In this document: in pieces, positions 18,703-28,194 of the stretch
Layout: every line of letters begins with the position of its first letter
Numbering within the stretch: position 1 is the stretch's first letter
DNA from: a bacterium
GTDB taxonomy: Bacteria; RBG-13-66-14; B26-G2; WVWN01
Length of the DNA: 64,000 nt
Reading direction: 5' to 3'
Assembly: GCA_035529855.1 (NCBI GenBank)
Contig: DATKVX010000039.1
Location: 4,244-68,243, forward strand
The notes under the pieces: generated by a model
The model's input: the letters and a program-made list of their open reading frames with translations, nothing else
What the model was told of the DNA's origin: nothing
Databases searched by the model: none
Program-made: the position numbers and the translations under genes

Positions 18703-20025
18703 ATGAATCGGCACCTTAGAGCGGCCCTGGTTTGCGGCCTGGTCCTATGGGCCTTATCGGTCTCGCCGGAAGGCACCGGGCCCCGCGAACTGGTAATTAT
18801 ATATACCGGCGACAGCGGCGCCGAAGTCGAATCTTGCGGCTGCAACCTGCTCGCTTACGGCGGCCTGGCCCGCCGCGCCGCGCTCGTCAACGTCATCCGC
18901 GCCGCCCATCCCGACGCCGTCCTCGTCGACGCCGGCGACTTCCTCAGCCCCAACGTCGGCGAACAAGACCGCCTTAAAAACGAAATCTCGGCCGAGGCGT
19001 ACGGCGCTTTCGACTACGACGCCGTCAACCTGGGCGAAGACGACTTCAACTTCGGCCTGGGTTTTTTAACGAACCTGGTCGAAACCAACGATATCCCGAT
19101 AATATCGGCCAACGTCGCCGCGGAGGGGGAACCGTTCGCGCCGGCCTTCAGCGTGGTCGACCGCGCCGGCCTGAAAATCGGCATCGTGGGCTTTCTCAAC
19201 CCCGAGCTCGTCGCCGGAAAAGACTTCCGCGGCGTCGACGTCAAGCCGTATAAAAAGAGCCTCAAAGCGGCGACGTCCGAACTCGCGCGCCGGGCCGACG
19301 TCGTCATCTGCCTCGCCCACGTCGGCAACGTCGACAAAGCCCGCGCCTTCGCCGCCAAGTGCCCCAAGGAGATAGACGTCGTCATCGCGGGGCACCGCGG
19401 CGGCCAAACGTCGCAAGCGGAAAAGGTCAAAGGCCGCTGGATGGTTTACACGCGAAGCCGCAACCGCTACGTCGGCATGCTCAAGCTCTCGCTCGACGAG
19501 GAGTTAAACGTCGTCGCGGCCGAAAACCACGTCTTGCCGGTGACGAGAGAGACGGCGAAAGACGAGGCTGCGCAGGTACTGGTCGAGAAGTACTACGCCG
19601 CGCTGCGAGAACTGGTCGACGAAAAGAAGCTGTTGAAACCGCCGGAAGACGTGCCGCCGGGCGGTTTCATCTACGTGGGCACGAGTCGGTGCGCCGAGTG
19701 CCACGGCTCGCAAACGAAACAATGGCGCGCGACGGCCCACGCCGCGGCGTACGCATCCCTCGAAGAAGCGGGCCGCGAGACGGACCCGGAGTGCGTCGCC
19801 TGCCACGTTACCGGCTACGGCTTCCGCGGCGGCTTCGTGGGCGCCCGGAAACCGGCTGTATTGAACGTCGGCTGCGAGGAATGCCACGGCCCGGGTGAAG
19901 GGCACGCGCAATCGCCCGCGGTCAAAACGCCCCCCATCAACGGAAATACCTGCACCCGCTGCCACGACGCGGAGCGCAGCCCGGCGTTCGACTACGCCAA
20001 GTTCCTCGAGCCGGTCCGCCACTAA
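18703..20025 (+). CDS. Secreted fusion of a 5'-nucleotidase/metallophosphoesterase-fold domain, with degenerate metal ligands, to a C-terminal tetraheme cytochrome c domain.
   Basis: 5'-NT topology is retained (IIYTGDSGAEV / LVDAGDFLSPNV / AVNLGEDDFNFG / IPIISANVA), but the ND-HHG and GNHE ligands are replaced. The C-terminus has four CxxCH motifs (CAECH, CVACH, CEECH, CTRCH). The ATG directly abuts the stop of the upstream gene. Confidence 0.6.
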   Translation: MNRHLRAALVCGLVLWALSVSPEGTGPRELVIIYTGDSGAEVESCGCNLLAYGGLARRAALVNVIRAAHPDAVLVDAGDFLSPNVGEQDRLKNEISAEAYGAFDYDAVNLGEDDFNFGLGFLTNLVETNDIPIISANVAAEGEPFAPAFSVVDRAGLKIGIVGFLNPELVAGKDFRGVDVKPYKKSLKAATSELARRADVVICLAHVGNVDKARAFAAKCPKEIDVVIAGHRGGQTSQAEKVKGRWMVYTRSRNRYVGMLKLSLDEELNVVAAENHVLPVTRETAKDEAAQVLVEKYYAALRELVDEKKLLKPPEDVPPGGFIYVGTSRCAECHGSQTKQWRATAHAAAYASLEEAGRETDPECVACHVTGYGFRGGFVGARKPAVLNVGCEECHGPGEGHAQSPAVKTPPINGNTCTRCHDAERSPAFDYAKFLEPVRH

Positions 20026-20029
20026 GCGG

Positions 20030-20060
20030 CGACGAAAAGGCGGGCCCGGGGCCCGCCCTC
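20030..20060 (-). terminator. Hairpin terminator candidate downstream of manC (minus strand).
   Basis: GGCGGGCCC/GGGCCCGCC inverted repeat; on the minus strand it is followed by TTTTCGTC. Confidence 0.4.
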
Positions 20061-20079
20061 AACGTCCGTCGCAGCGCCT

Positions 20080-21159
20080 TTAAACGAGGTCCGGCCGCTC
20101 CTCCTCCAACAGCTCGACGACCTTCCGTACGTCCTGGCCGGCCCCCTTCGGGTATACGAGGACGACGTCGCCGGCGTCGACGACGACGTTGTTGTCCACG
20201 CCGAACAACACTACCGGCCGCCGGCCGCCGGCGAGGACGATGTTCCCCACGCCCCCCAGCTGGTAAACGTCGCCCCGGCCTATGTTGCCGCGGTCGTCGC
20301 GCGGCAACACGCGCTCGAGCGCGTCGAAGGAACCGATGTCGTCCCACCCGCAATCGGTTTCGACCACCTCGAACGCGGGCAACTTCTCCATAAAGGCGTA
20401 ATCCACGGACGTCGCCTCGAACCTCCCGTACAAATCCGCCACTTTCGCCGTCTCGCCCGCCGCCAACGGCCTCTTCAGGCTCTTCGCGACCGCGAACTGG
20501 TCCGGGCAACACTCGGCGGCCACCTCGAGGAAGCGGTCGGCGCGCCAAACGAACATCCCGCTATTCCACAAGTAGTCCCCCGAGGCCAGGTAATCGCGCG
20601 CCGTCGCCTCGTCCGGCTTCTCCTTGAACGCGAGGCCTTGCCGAACGCGCGGCGCGCCGGCCTCCAAAACCTCGCCGCACTTGACGTAACCGTACCCGGT
20701 TTCGGGACGGTCCGGCTTTATGCCGAAGGTAACTATGGCCCCCTCCGCGGCGCGCCCGAAACCGGCCGCCAACGCGCAGCGAAAAGCGTCCCCGTCGTCG
20801 ACGGCGTGGTCGGCCGGCAGGACGAGGACCGCGGCTTTCGAGCCGAGGCGGTCCGCTACCTCCAGCGTCCCCAAAACGCAACCGGGCCAGGTGTTGCGCG
20901 CCGCCGGCTCGGCGACGAAGTTGGCCAGCGGTATCTCCCGCAACAGCGGCCGCGCCTGGAGCAAGATGTCCTCTTCGGCTATGACGTATATCCGCGACGG
21001 CTCGAGCAGCGGCGCGACGCGCTCGTACGCGTCCTCGAGCAGCGTTCGGTCCGTCACCAACGAAAGAAACTGCTTCGGCCTGTCGCGCCGGGAGAGAGGC
21101 CAGAGCCTCGTTCCCCGGCCGCCGGCCATAATCAAGGCCGCCCTGCGTGGGCCCGGCAT
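20080..21159 (-). CDS. manC: Mannose-1-phosphate guanylyltransferase (GDP-mannose pyrophosphorylase).
   Basis: LIMAGGRGTRLWPLS...PKQF is the nucleotidyltransferase signature. A C-terminal left-handed helix is present. A strong AGGAGG RBS precedes the start. Confidence 0.8.
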   Translation of the reverse strand: MPGPRRAALIMAGGRGTRLWPLSRRDRPKQFLSLVTDRTLLEDAYERVAPLLEPSRIYVIAEEDILLQARPLLREIPLANFVAEPAARNTWPGCVLGTLEVADRLGSKAAVLVLPADHAVDDGDAFRCALAAGFGRAAEGAIVTFGIKPDRPETGYGYVKCGEVLEAGAPRVRQGLAFKEKPDEATARDYLASGDYLWNSGMFVWRADRFLEVAAECCPDQFAVAKSLKRPLAAGETAKVADLYGRFEATSVDYAFMEKLPAFEVVETDCGWDDIGSFDALERVLPRDDRGNIGRGDVYQLGGVGNIVLAGGRRPVVLFGVDNNVVVDAGDVVLVYPKGAGQDVRKVVELLEEERPDLV

Positions 21160-21163
21160 ATGG

Positions 21164-21985
21164 TTACCTCCTGACCTCGGCGTCTAAATACGGCTCGAGT
21201 AATGCGTACATCTCGGCGAACTCGCCCGGCGAAAAGCTCTCCGGCCTGGCGGCCGGCTCGAAGCCGGCCTCGCGGAGCTTGGAAGCCACCTCCGCCGCCG
21301 AAAGGCCGCCGCCCAGAAGGGTGGCCAGCCGATTGCCGACCTTCTTACGCCGCGCGGCGAAGACGAAGTCCACGAAGTGGCCGAAGAGCTCCGACCCCGC
21401 TAACGGGACCGCCTGCTCGTCGTAGTACCGGTACGTTACGAGGGCGGCGTCCACCTCCGGCTTCGGCTCGAAGGCATCGGCCGGTATCACGAACGCGATA
21501 TACGGTTCGCCCCGGGTTTGCATCTTTACCGACAGCGCGCCGTAAGCCTTGCCGCCGGGCGGGGCGCAGATGCGCTCGGCGACCTCTTTCTGGAGCGTAA
21601 GCACCCAGCGCTTAAGCTGCCGCCGGTGCTCGCCCAGGAGTTTAAGTATCGGCCCCGTAATATAAAAAGGGACGTTACCGACCGCCACCACGCGCCGGCC
21701 TTCCGGAATCAGCTCGGCCCAGTCAACGTCCAGGATGTCGCCGTGCACTATGGTAAGGTTGTCGTACCGGTCGAAGTCGCGCGCGGCGGCGTCTACGAAG
21801 CGCTCCTCCAATTCGACCGCTACCACTTCGCGGGCGCGCCGGACGAGGTGCTGCGTCAGCTCGCCCCGCCCCATTCCGATTTCGAGCACGCTCTCGTCGG
21901 GCGCTATCTCCGCGGCGTCGGCGATGCGCCGCAATACGTCGTTATCGACCAGGAATACCTGGCCTTTACGCACCCGCTTTACCAC
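21164..21985 (-). CDS. rsmA: 16S rRNA (adenine1518/1519-N6)-dimethyltransferase.
   Basis: KGQVFLVDNDVLRRIAD...VLEIGMGRGELT... shows the KsgA motifs. Confidence 0.85.
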   Translation of the reverse strand: MVKRVRKGQVFLVDNDVLRRIADAAEIAPDESVLEIGMGRGELTQHLVRRAREVVAVELEERFVDAAARDFDRYDNLTIVHGDILDVDWAELIPEGRRVVAVGNVPFYITGPILKLLGEHRRQLKRWVLTLQKEVAERICAPPGGKAYGALSVKMQTRGEPYIAFVIPADAFEPKPEVDAALVTYRYYDEQAVPLAGSELFGHFVDFVFAARRKKVGNRLATLLGGGLSAAEVASKLREAGFEPAARPESFSPGEFAEMYALLEPYLDAEVRR

Positions 21986-23946
21986 TTAATAAAGTAACCC
22001 GTTTCCAGCGTAAAAACCGCCGGTTTAAAACCCGGCTTATACCGCAGCGACGTCTCGACCTCGCGGCGGGCGTCGTCCTTCCGCCCGAGCTCGTGGTAAC
22101 AGTCGGCAAGCAAATAACGCGTGAAGGAATCGGTCGGCTCGAGCGCCACGGACCTCTCGAGATAGGGTACGGCGCCGGCGTAATCCTTTTTAAGGTAAAA
22201 GACGGTCCCCAAGTTATGTTGCACCTCGTGCGAACGGCGGCCTACGCGGTCGGCGAGCGTAAAATACTCTTCGGCCCGGCCCTCGTCGCGGGGGCGAAAA
22301 CGCGTATACAAATCGTAGAGGAAATTCCCCACCGTCCCCTGCGCCCAGTGGTCCAAGTACGTGGCGGGCGGGTCTACGCCGCGAATTACGTAACGGCCTA
22401 TGACGTCGGCGCGGGGAGGCGGCGAACCGCGTCGTACAACCCGGTAAACCGCGCCGTCCTTCGCGAGGCCGTAGCCCCACGACGCTACGAAATCGTACGG
22501 GTAGAGGAAATAATAATCGTGGCGTTTGTCCGAGAGAACGTCGCTCATAATTTCGTAGAAATATTTGACTATTACGTTGACCGGCGCGTGCGACAGGTCC
22601 CGGCCGCCGAAGTCGAAGACGTCGAAATAATTCGCGTTACCCGTGGTATCGACGAAGAAAATGTCGGGCCGCGCGTACTCCAACGTCGTCAACGCCTGTA
22701 TGCCGGTCGTAGCCGCCGAGTTCTCCTCGCCCAGGAAAACGAAGTCGCCGTACCCTACCGGACGTAAGTAATTCGCCCCGAAATCCCGGACGTACGGGTA
22801 GTAAGTCCTGTCCGCCTGGTAAAAGCGCGTAAGCACGGGCGACAGAGCGACGACCGCCGCCGGCGCCAAAAAGACGTAAGCCGCAGCCCGTCGCCATTTG
22901 GCCAACGCCTCGCCGACCCGCGTTACCGCGACGCCGGCGCATATCGCCGTCAACATGTAGAACGGGAAGTACCACGCCCGAAAGCCGAAAGACGGGTAGT
23001 TGACGATGAGGATCAACGTGAAGAAAGAGATGCCGACGAAATACAGGAAATAGCCCCGGCGCCGCCACGCCAGCCAAGCCGCGCCGACCGCGGCCGCGCC
23101 TATACCCACCCACCGGAATTGGTCCAAATATAACCACGCCGCGGTCTTGGCGCGCCACCCGACTACCGCCCAGGGCGCGCTGAACATCTGGCTCTGGAAC
23201 TCCTTACAGGTTAAATGGAAGTACAAGCCGTACAGGGTGCGCGGCTTGCCCCAATTCTGGACGACGCCGGCCGCGGACCGCACCGGCAGGTAAAGATAAG
23301 TGGACATCGCGAGCAGCCACAACGCCGCCGCTACGTAGAGGTGGCGGGGGCGAAGGCCGGCGGCGCGCCGCTGCCAAACGACGAACGCCGCGTACGGAAT
23401 CAAGAGGACCACTTGCTGGGGATGGTTGGTGCAAGCTATACCGAACGCGAAGGCCGCGGCGTAAAACCACCTGACGTCGGCGCGGCGGCGCCACGCGAAA
23501 AGCGCGAGCATCGTCGCCGCCGTGAGCGCCATGTTCATCGTGTAAACTTCGCACGTCGTGGATTGAATCCAAACCGTAGGGGCCACCGAATACGCGAGGC
23601 CCGCGACGGCCGCGCCCACCGAAGTAGCCCAACCGCCGTCCGCTATTTCGTAAACCAGCAGAACGACGAAAAAGGCCGTAGCCGCGCCCGCGACCGCCGA
23701 AAAGAGGTTCATCCCCACGATGGGGGTTACCCCGGGCAGCATCGCGAAGAGATAACACGCTAAATGCCACCCCGGGAACCCCGGCGGCACGCCGCTGCCG
23801 AGGAGGCCGACGGAACGGTTGAACAGGCCCGAGTCCTGCCAGAAGACGTCGCCGCACAGCGTTTTGGCGTATACGACGAACGCCGCCAAAGCGACCGCCG
23901 CGGCTACGTAGAAACGCTCGCCGGGCAAGGGGAATCTAGCTTTCAT
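21979..23946 (-). CDS. DUF2723 (TMEM260-like) polytopic membrane protein with C-terminal TPR repeats; putative protein glycosyltransferase.
   Basis: The N-terminal 400 aa or so are polytopic (...DVFWQDSGLF...CTNHPQQVVLL...). The C-terminus has TPR repeats (HNLGTVFYLKKDYAGAVPYLERSVALEP..). Confidence 0.6.
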   Translation of the reverse strand: MKARFPLPGERFYVAAAVALAAFVVYAKTLCGDVFWQDSGLFNRSVGLLGSGVPPGFPGWHLACYLFAMLPGVTPIVGMNLFSAVAGAATAFFVVLLVYEIADGGWATSVGAAVAGLAYSVAPTVWIQSTTCEVYTMNMALTAATMLALFAWRRRADVRWFYAAAFAFGIACTNHPQQVVLLIPYAAFVVWQRRAAGLRPRHLYVAAALWLLAMSTYLYLPVRSAAGVVQNWGKPRTLYGLYFHLTCKEFQSQMFSAPWAVVGWRAKTAAWLYLDQFRWVGIGAAAVGAAWLAWRRRGYFLYFVGISFFTLILIVNYPSFGFRAWYFPFYMLTAICAGVAVTRVGEALAKWRRAAAYVFLAPAAVVALSPVLTRFYQADRTYYPYVRDFGANYLRPVGYGDFVFLGEENSAATTGIQALTTLEYARPDIFFVDTTGNANYFDVFDFGGRDLSHAPVNVIVKYFYEIMSDVLSDKRHDYYFLYPYDFVASWGYGLAKDGAVYRVVRRGSPPPRADVIGRYVIRGVDPPATYLDHWAQGTVGNFLYDLYTRFRPRDEGRAEEYFTLADRVGRRSHEVQHNLGTVFYLKKDYAGAVPYLERSVALEPTDSFTRYLLADCYHELGRKDDARREVETSLRYKPGFKPAVFTLETGYFIKW

Positions 23947-23964
23947 AACAAAAGATAATCCGCC

Positions 23965-25407
23965 CTACGCCGCCAGGAATATCAAACGAGCGACGAAGAG
24001 CGCGGCCAGCACGTACGCCAGCGGGCTTACCTCCCGCCACCGCCCCGCGACGACCATCACTATGGGGTACGATATGAAACCGAGCGTGATGCCGTTCGCG
24101 ATCGAGAACGTAAACGGTATGGCGATCAAAGTCACAAACGCCGGGATGGCCTCCACCGGGACGTCCCACTTGATATCCTTGAGCCCCGTCAACATAAACG
24201 AACCGACGATTATGAGCGCCGGCGCCGTTATGGGCTGTAGGAAGCGCGTCATCTCGAAGAAGCCGCGCACCGACGCGCCGCCGAGTACGCCCTCCAGCGG
24301 GGCCCCCTGCGTTACCATTATGCCGCCGCCGACCATCCTGGCCAGCGGCAAGAACAGCGGCGCGACCAAGAAGAGCGCCGCGGTTACGACGTTCGCGAGG
24401 CCGGTGCGGGCGCCGGCCGCGATGCCGGCCGCGGACTCGATATAGGAAGTCGTCGTCGACGTGCCGAAGGCCGCGCCCACCGACGTCGCGACGCCGTCGG
24501 AAATAAGGGCGCGGTTGATGCGGGGCATCCGCCCCTTTTCGTCCAAGAACTTGCCCTGCTCCGCTATGCCCAGGAAAGTCCCCAGCGTATCGAACATATC
24601 CATAAAGAGGAAAACGAAAATTACGTTTAGAAGGCCCAACTTGAACGCGCCCGCCAGGTCCATCTGTAAGAACAACGTCGCTTTGGGAAGCGGCCCCACT
24701 TCGACCAGGTGTTTCAGCGGCCCGACGAAAACGGGCGCGACACTTTCCGGAACCGCAACGACGCCGGTGTACTCGACCTGGCCGAAGACGAGCGCCGCCG
24801 CGGCGGTGAGCAGCATCCCGTAGAGCAACGCGCCCCGCCACTTCAATACCAACATTATGGCGGTTACGACGAGGCCGAAGACGGCGAGCAGCGCCGCGGG
24901 GTGCGTCAGGTCGCCCAACGTGACGAACGTGGCCTGATTCAATCTAATAAAACCCGCCTTCTCGAAGCCGATAAACGCGATGAACAGGCCGATGCCCGCG
25001 GCTATGGCCTTCCGCACCGACGGGGGCAGCGCGTCGACTATGAGCGAGCGGATGCGCAGTAGGGTCAATACCGTGAATATCACGCCCGATATGAAGACGG
25101 CGCCGAGCGCGGTCTGCCACGGCACCCCCATCATCAGGACGACGGTGTACGCGAAGTACGCATTAAGCCCCATCCCCGGCGCCTGCGCTATGGGGTAATT
25201 GGCCAGAAGGCCCATGAGGAGCGTACCGGTCGCCGCCGCGACGCAGGTCGCGACGAGGGCGCCGCCGAAATCCAAACCCGCGGCGCTCAAAATCGCCGGG
25301 TTCACGAAAATAATGTACGACATCGTCATGAAAGTGACGACGCCGCCCAAAAGCTCGCGACGAACGGTGGAGTTTCTTTCTCTTATATGGAAAAATCGCT
25401 CGAGCAT
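23965..25407 (-). CDS. NCS2-family nucleobase permease (adenine/guanine/hypoxanthine, PbuG-like).
   Basis: ELLGGVVTFMTMSYIIFVNPAIL... resembles the AzgA/PbuG-type N-terminus. About 13 TM helices. Confidence 0.75.
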   Translation of the reverse strand: MLERFFHIRERNSTVRRELLGGVVTFMTMSYIIFVNPAILSAAGLDFGGALVATCVAAATGTLLMGLLANYPIAQAPGMGLNAYFAYTVVLMMGVPWQTALGAVFISGVIFTVLTLLRIRSLIVDALPPSVRKAIAAGIGLFIAFIGFEKAGFIRLNQATFVTLGDLTHPAALLAVFGLVVTAIMLVLKWRGALLYGMLLTAAAALVFGQVEYTGVVAVPESVAPVFVGPLKHLVEVGPLPKATLFLQMDLAGAFKLGLLNVIFVFLFMDMFDTLGTFLGIAEQGKFLDEKGRMPRINRALISDGVATSVGAAFGTSTTTSYIESAAGIAAGARTGLANVVTAALFLVAPLFLPLARMVGGGIMVTQGAPLEGVLGGASVRGFFEMTRFLQPITAPALIIVGSFMLTGLKDIKWDVPVEAIPAFVTLIAIPFTFSIANGITLGFISYPIVMVVAGRWREVSPLAYVLAALFVARLIFLAA

Positions 25408-25538
25408 AGCGACCTCTCAAACGGCATCAATATACCAAATGAAGCCCTACCGCGCAAACGATTTCGCCCGCGGCCACCCTCGGCCTTGACCGCCGCCGAG
25501 CCGTATATTATGATGCGCGGGCGAGAGGAGTCGAGCCG

Positions 25539-26963
25539 TTGGACGCTAAAAAAACCGTAGCCGCGGCCGTATTGGCCGTCATCTTCGTACTCGCCGTCGC
25601 GCAGATCTGGTACCGCCCGGTCGACCGCGACGAGGGTTTCTGGCTCTATACTTCGTGGCGCTTCGCGGAAGGCGACCTTCCCTACCGCGACTTCGCCCTG
25701 CCGCACATGCCGCTCGCGTCGCTCTACTACGCCGGCGCAATAAAGGTCTTCGGGCCTTCGCTCTACGCGCTGCGCGGTTTGAACGTCGCGCTGTTCGCCG
25801 TCTCCGCGGCCTTCCTCGGCTTAGCGGTCGCGCGGCGCTTCGGCGGGCCGGCGTCGTTCTTCGCCGTCGTCTTTCTCGGTTCGTCGTCGCTCGCGCTTAC
25901 CTGGCTCGTCCCGGTCAAGGCGTACGCGCCGGCTGCGGCCGCTTTAACTTTCGCCGTCGCCGTCTGGCTCTGGCCCGGCGATATCGAGAAAACGGGTTTA
26001 GGCCGGGCGCTGGTCATAGGCGTCTTGCTGGGCGCGGCCACGCTGGCGCGGCTAACGGTCGCGGTAACCCTCCCGGCCGCGGCCTTCGGCATTTGGCTCT
26101 CGCTACCCCGGCGGCCGGGCCGGCGGGCGGCCGCCGTCGGCGCGCTATGCATCGGCTTCTTGGCCGTAACGCCGATAATCGTCTACTTCCGCGCCGTCGC
26201 GGGGGACGCGTTCGCTTTTAACGTTTGGGGCATACACAAGCTGTTCCTGGGGGGCGGCGCGACGGGGCGATGGGCCGCGGCGTTGAGTCTCCTGCTGCCG
26301 CCGGACCCGGCGATTCTAATCGTCGCCGCGTTTCTGGCGCTTCGAGCGGAGGGGCGTAAAATTTTAGCGTTCCCCCTCGCCGCCGGCGTCCTCATCCTCC
26401 TCGGCCACCTCGTACCCGGCAGCAGCCAACGCCAATACTTCGTACCGGCGGTACCCGCCTTCGCCGCCGCCGCGGGCGTCGGCGCGGCGTGGTTATGGCG
26501 CCGGAAAAAGGCCGTCGCGCTGGCGGTGGTGGGCGCCGCGGCCTTCGTCGGCGCCGCCCGACCGGCCGCCAAGGTCGTGTTCGACCGGGCGCACAAAGAG
26601 CTCGTCGGCCCGGCGGAAGTGTACGCCGCGGCCCGCCTACTGGCCGACGCCACGCGTGAAAGCGACGTCGTGTACACCGGTTGGCCCGGCTACGCCGCCC
26701 TCGCCCGGCGGCGGGTATTGCCGGGTTGGGAGCTCGGCTACTTCACGCACCGCGTCGGCGAAAGGCTGAACGCCGCGGACCGCCGCCGCTACCACTTGAT
26801 GACGTACGACGAAACGGCGGAGGTACTCGCCTCCGGCAAAGCCCGGTTCGCGCTCGACGGCCTGGACACGCCCGAGGCGCTCGAGCCGACCTTAGCCGAA
26901 CACTTCGAAAAAGCGACTTCCCGCCGGGGCGTAACGCTTCGGCGATACAAAGCCGGCGAATAA
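25539..26963 (+). CDS. GT-C glycosyltransferase (ArnT/PMT-like), paralog 4.
   Basis: YRPVDRDEGFWLYTSWRF is the acidic DE motif near TM1. About 11 TM helices plus a C-terminal domain. Confidence 0.65.
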   Translation: MDAKKTVAAAVLAVIFVLAVAQIWYRPVDRDEGFWLYTSWRFAEGDLPYRDFALPHMPLASLYYAGAIKVFGPSLYALRGLNVALFAVSAAFLGLAVARRFGGPASFFAVVFLGSSSLALTWLVPVKAYAPAAAALTFAVAVWLWPGDIEKTGLGRALVIGVLLGAATLARLTVAVTLPAAAFGIWLSLPRRPGRRAAAVGALCIGFLAVTPIIVYFRAVAGDAFAFNVWGIHKLFLGGGATGRWAAALSLLLPPDPAILIVAAFLALRAEGRKILAFPLAAGVLILLGHLVPGSSQRQYFVPAVPAFAAAAGVGAAWLWRRKKAVALAVVGAAAFVGAARPAAKVVFDRAHKELVGPAEVYAAARLLADATRESDVVYTGWPGYAALARRRVLPGWELGYFTHRVGERLNAADRRRYHLMTYDETAEVLASGKARFALDGLDTPEALEPTLAEHFEKATSRRGVTLRRYKAGE

Positions 26964-26988
26964 GGCCGCCGCGTTAGGGTTCCTCCAT

Positions 26989-28134
26989 TTGTCGAAGAAA
27001 CGGAATATATTCAAAAGGGCCGTACGCGCCGCGGCGAAAGCCGCCGCCAAAACGGTCCTCAGGCCGCGGGAAGCCGCGCTCCCGCCGCGCGAAGAAATCC
27101 GTAAGGTCCTAGTTATCAAACTATGGGCTATCGGCGAATATTTGATGGCCACGCCGGCCTTCGCCGCCCTGCGCCAATTGTTCCCTCGAGCCGAGATAGC
27201 GCTGCTTACCGGCGTCGCGACCGCGCCCCTCGCCGCGGCGGCGCCCGCCTTCGACCGCGTCTGGACCATACCGGAGGGAATATTCGTAAAAAGGCGTATC
27301 CGCGAGTTACGCCGGCTCCGCGAACGGCTCGCGCGCGAAAAATTCGGCCTCGCCGTCGTCTTCCACCTAGCCTGGGAATTCTCGGCCTTCGCCGCTTGGG
27401 CCGGCGTACCCAACCGCGTGGGCTTCGACCGCGGCGGCGACGGCTTCGCTCATACCGTGAAGGTGCCCCGCCTCGGGGGCCGACACCAGGTGGAGGAATA
27501 CTTCGACCTCGCCCGGGCGTGCGGCGCCGCCGGCGACCCGGGCCCGCTAGCGGTCGTGCCGGGCGAAGAAGCGGAAGCCGAAGCCGAGCATTTTTTGAGC
27601 GAACCGCCCTTCGCCGCGTCAGCGCCGGTGCTGGTCGCTCCCGGCGGCGGCGTTAACCCCAAGACCCGAATGGAGGCCAAACGCTGGCCCGCCGAACGTT
27701 ACGTCGAACTCGTAGATATTTTGAAACGCGACTACCAAGTAGCGCTCGTGGGCGGCCCCTCCGACGCCGCGTTAAACGCCGGCGTCGCCGCCGCCACCGG
27801 TGCAATCGACCTTACCGGCAAGACTTCCTTGCCGGCGTTATATCTTCTATTCAAAAGGGCCAAGGCCTTTATCGGCAACGACTCGGCGCCCATGCACCTG
27901 GCCGCGGCCGCGGGAACGCCCACCGTCGCCTTCTTCGGCCCGACCGACCCAAAAGTGAACGGCCCGTGGCGTACGCCGGCGCTGATTCTCACGCACGAAA
28001 CCGATTGCCGACCTTGTTACGAAGACGGCTACTTCCCCGATTGCAACGACCGCCGCTGCTTAACGGCGATAACGGCCTCGTACACCGCTACTCGCGTTCA
28101 CGATTTCCTTGACAGCCTCGGAACGAGGTGTTAA
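26989..28134 (+). CDS. GT9-family glycosyltransferase (ADP-heptose:LPS heptosyltransferase-like).
   Basis: VLVIKLWAIGEYLMATPAFAALRQLFP...GNDSAPMHLAAAAGTPTVAFFGPTDP is the GT9 signature. Confidence 0.75.
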   Translation: MSKKRNIFKRAVRAAAKAAAKTVLRPREAALPPREEIRKVLVIKLWAIGEYLMATPAFAALRQLFPRAEIALLTGVATAPLAAAAPAFDRVWTIPEGIFVKRRIRELRRLRERLAREKFGLAVVFHLAWEFSAFAAWAGVPNRVGFDRGGDGFAHTVKVPRLGGRHQVEEYFDLARACGAAGDPGPLAVVPGEEAEAEAEHFLSEPPFAASAPVLVAPGGGVNPKTRMEAKRWPAERYVELVDILKRDYQVALVGGPSDAALNAGVAAATGAIDLTGKTSLPALYLLFKRAKAFIGNDSAPMHLAAAAGTPTVAFFGPTDPKVNGPWRTPALILTHETDCRPCYEDGYFPDCNDRRCLTAITASYTATRVHDFLDSLGTRC

Positions 28135-28194
28135 ATTCCGGCAGTTATCGCGGCGGCGCCGCGTATTCAGTAATAAATTGCCTAGGAGGATAAG

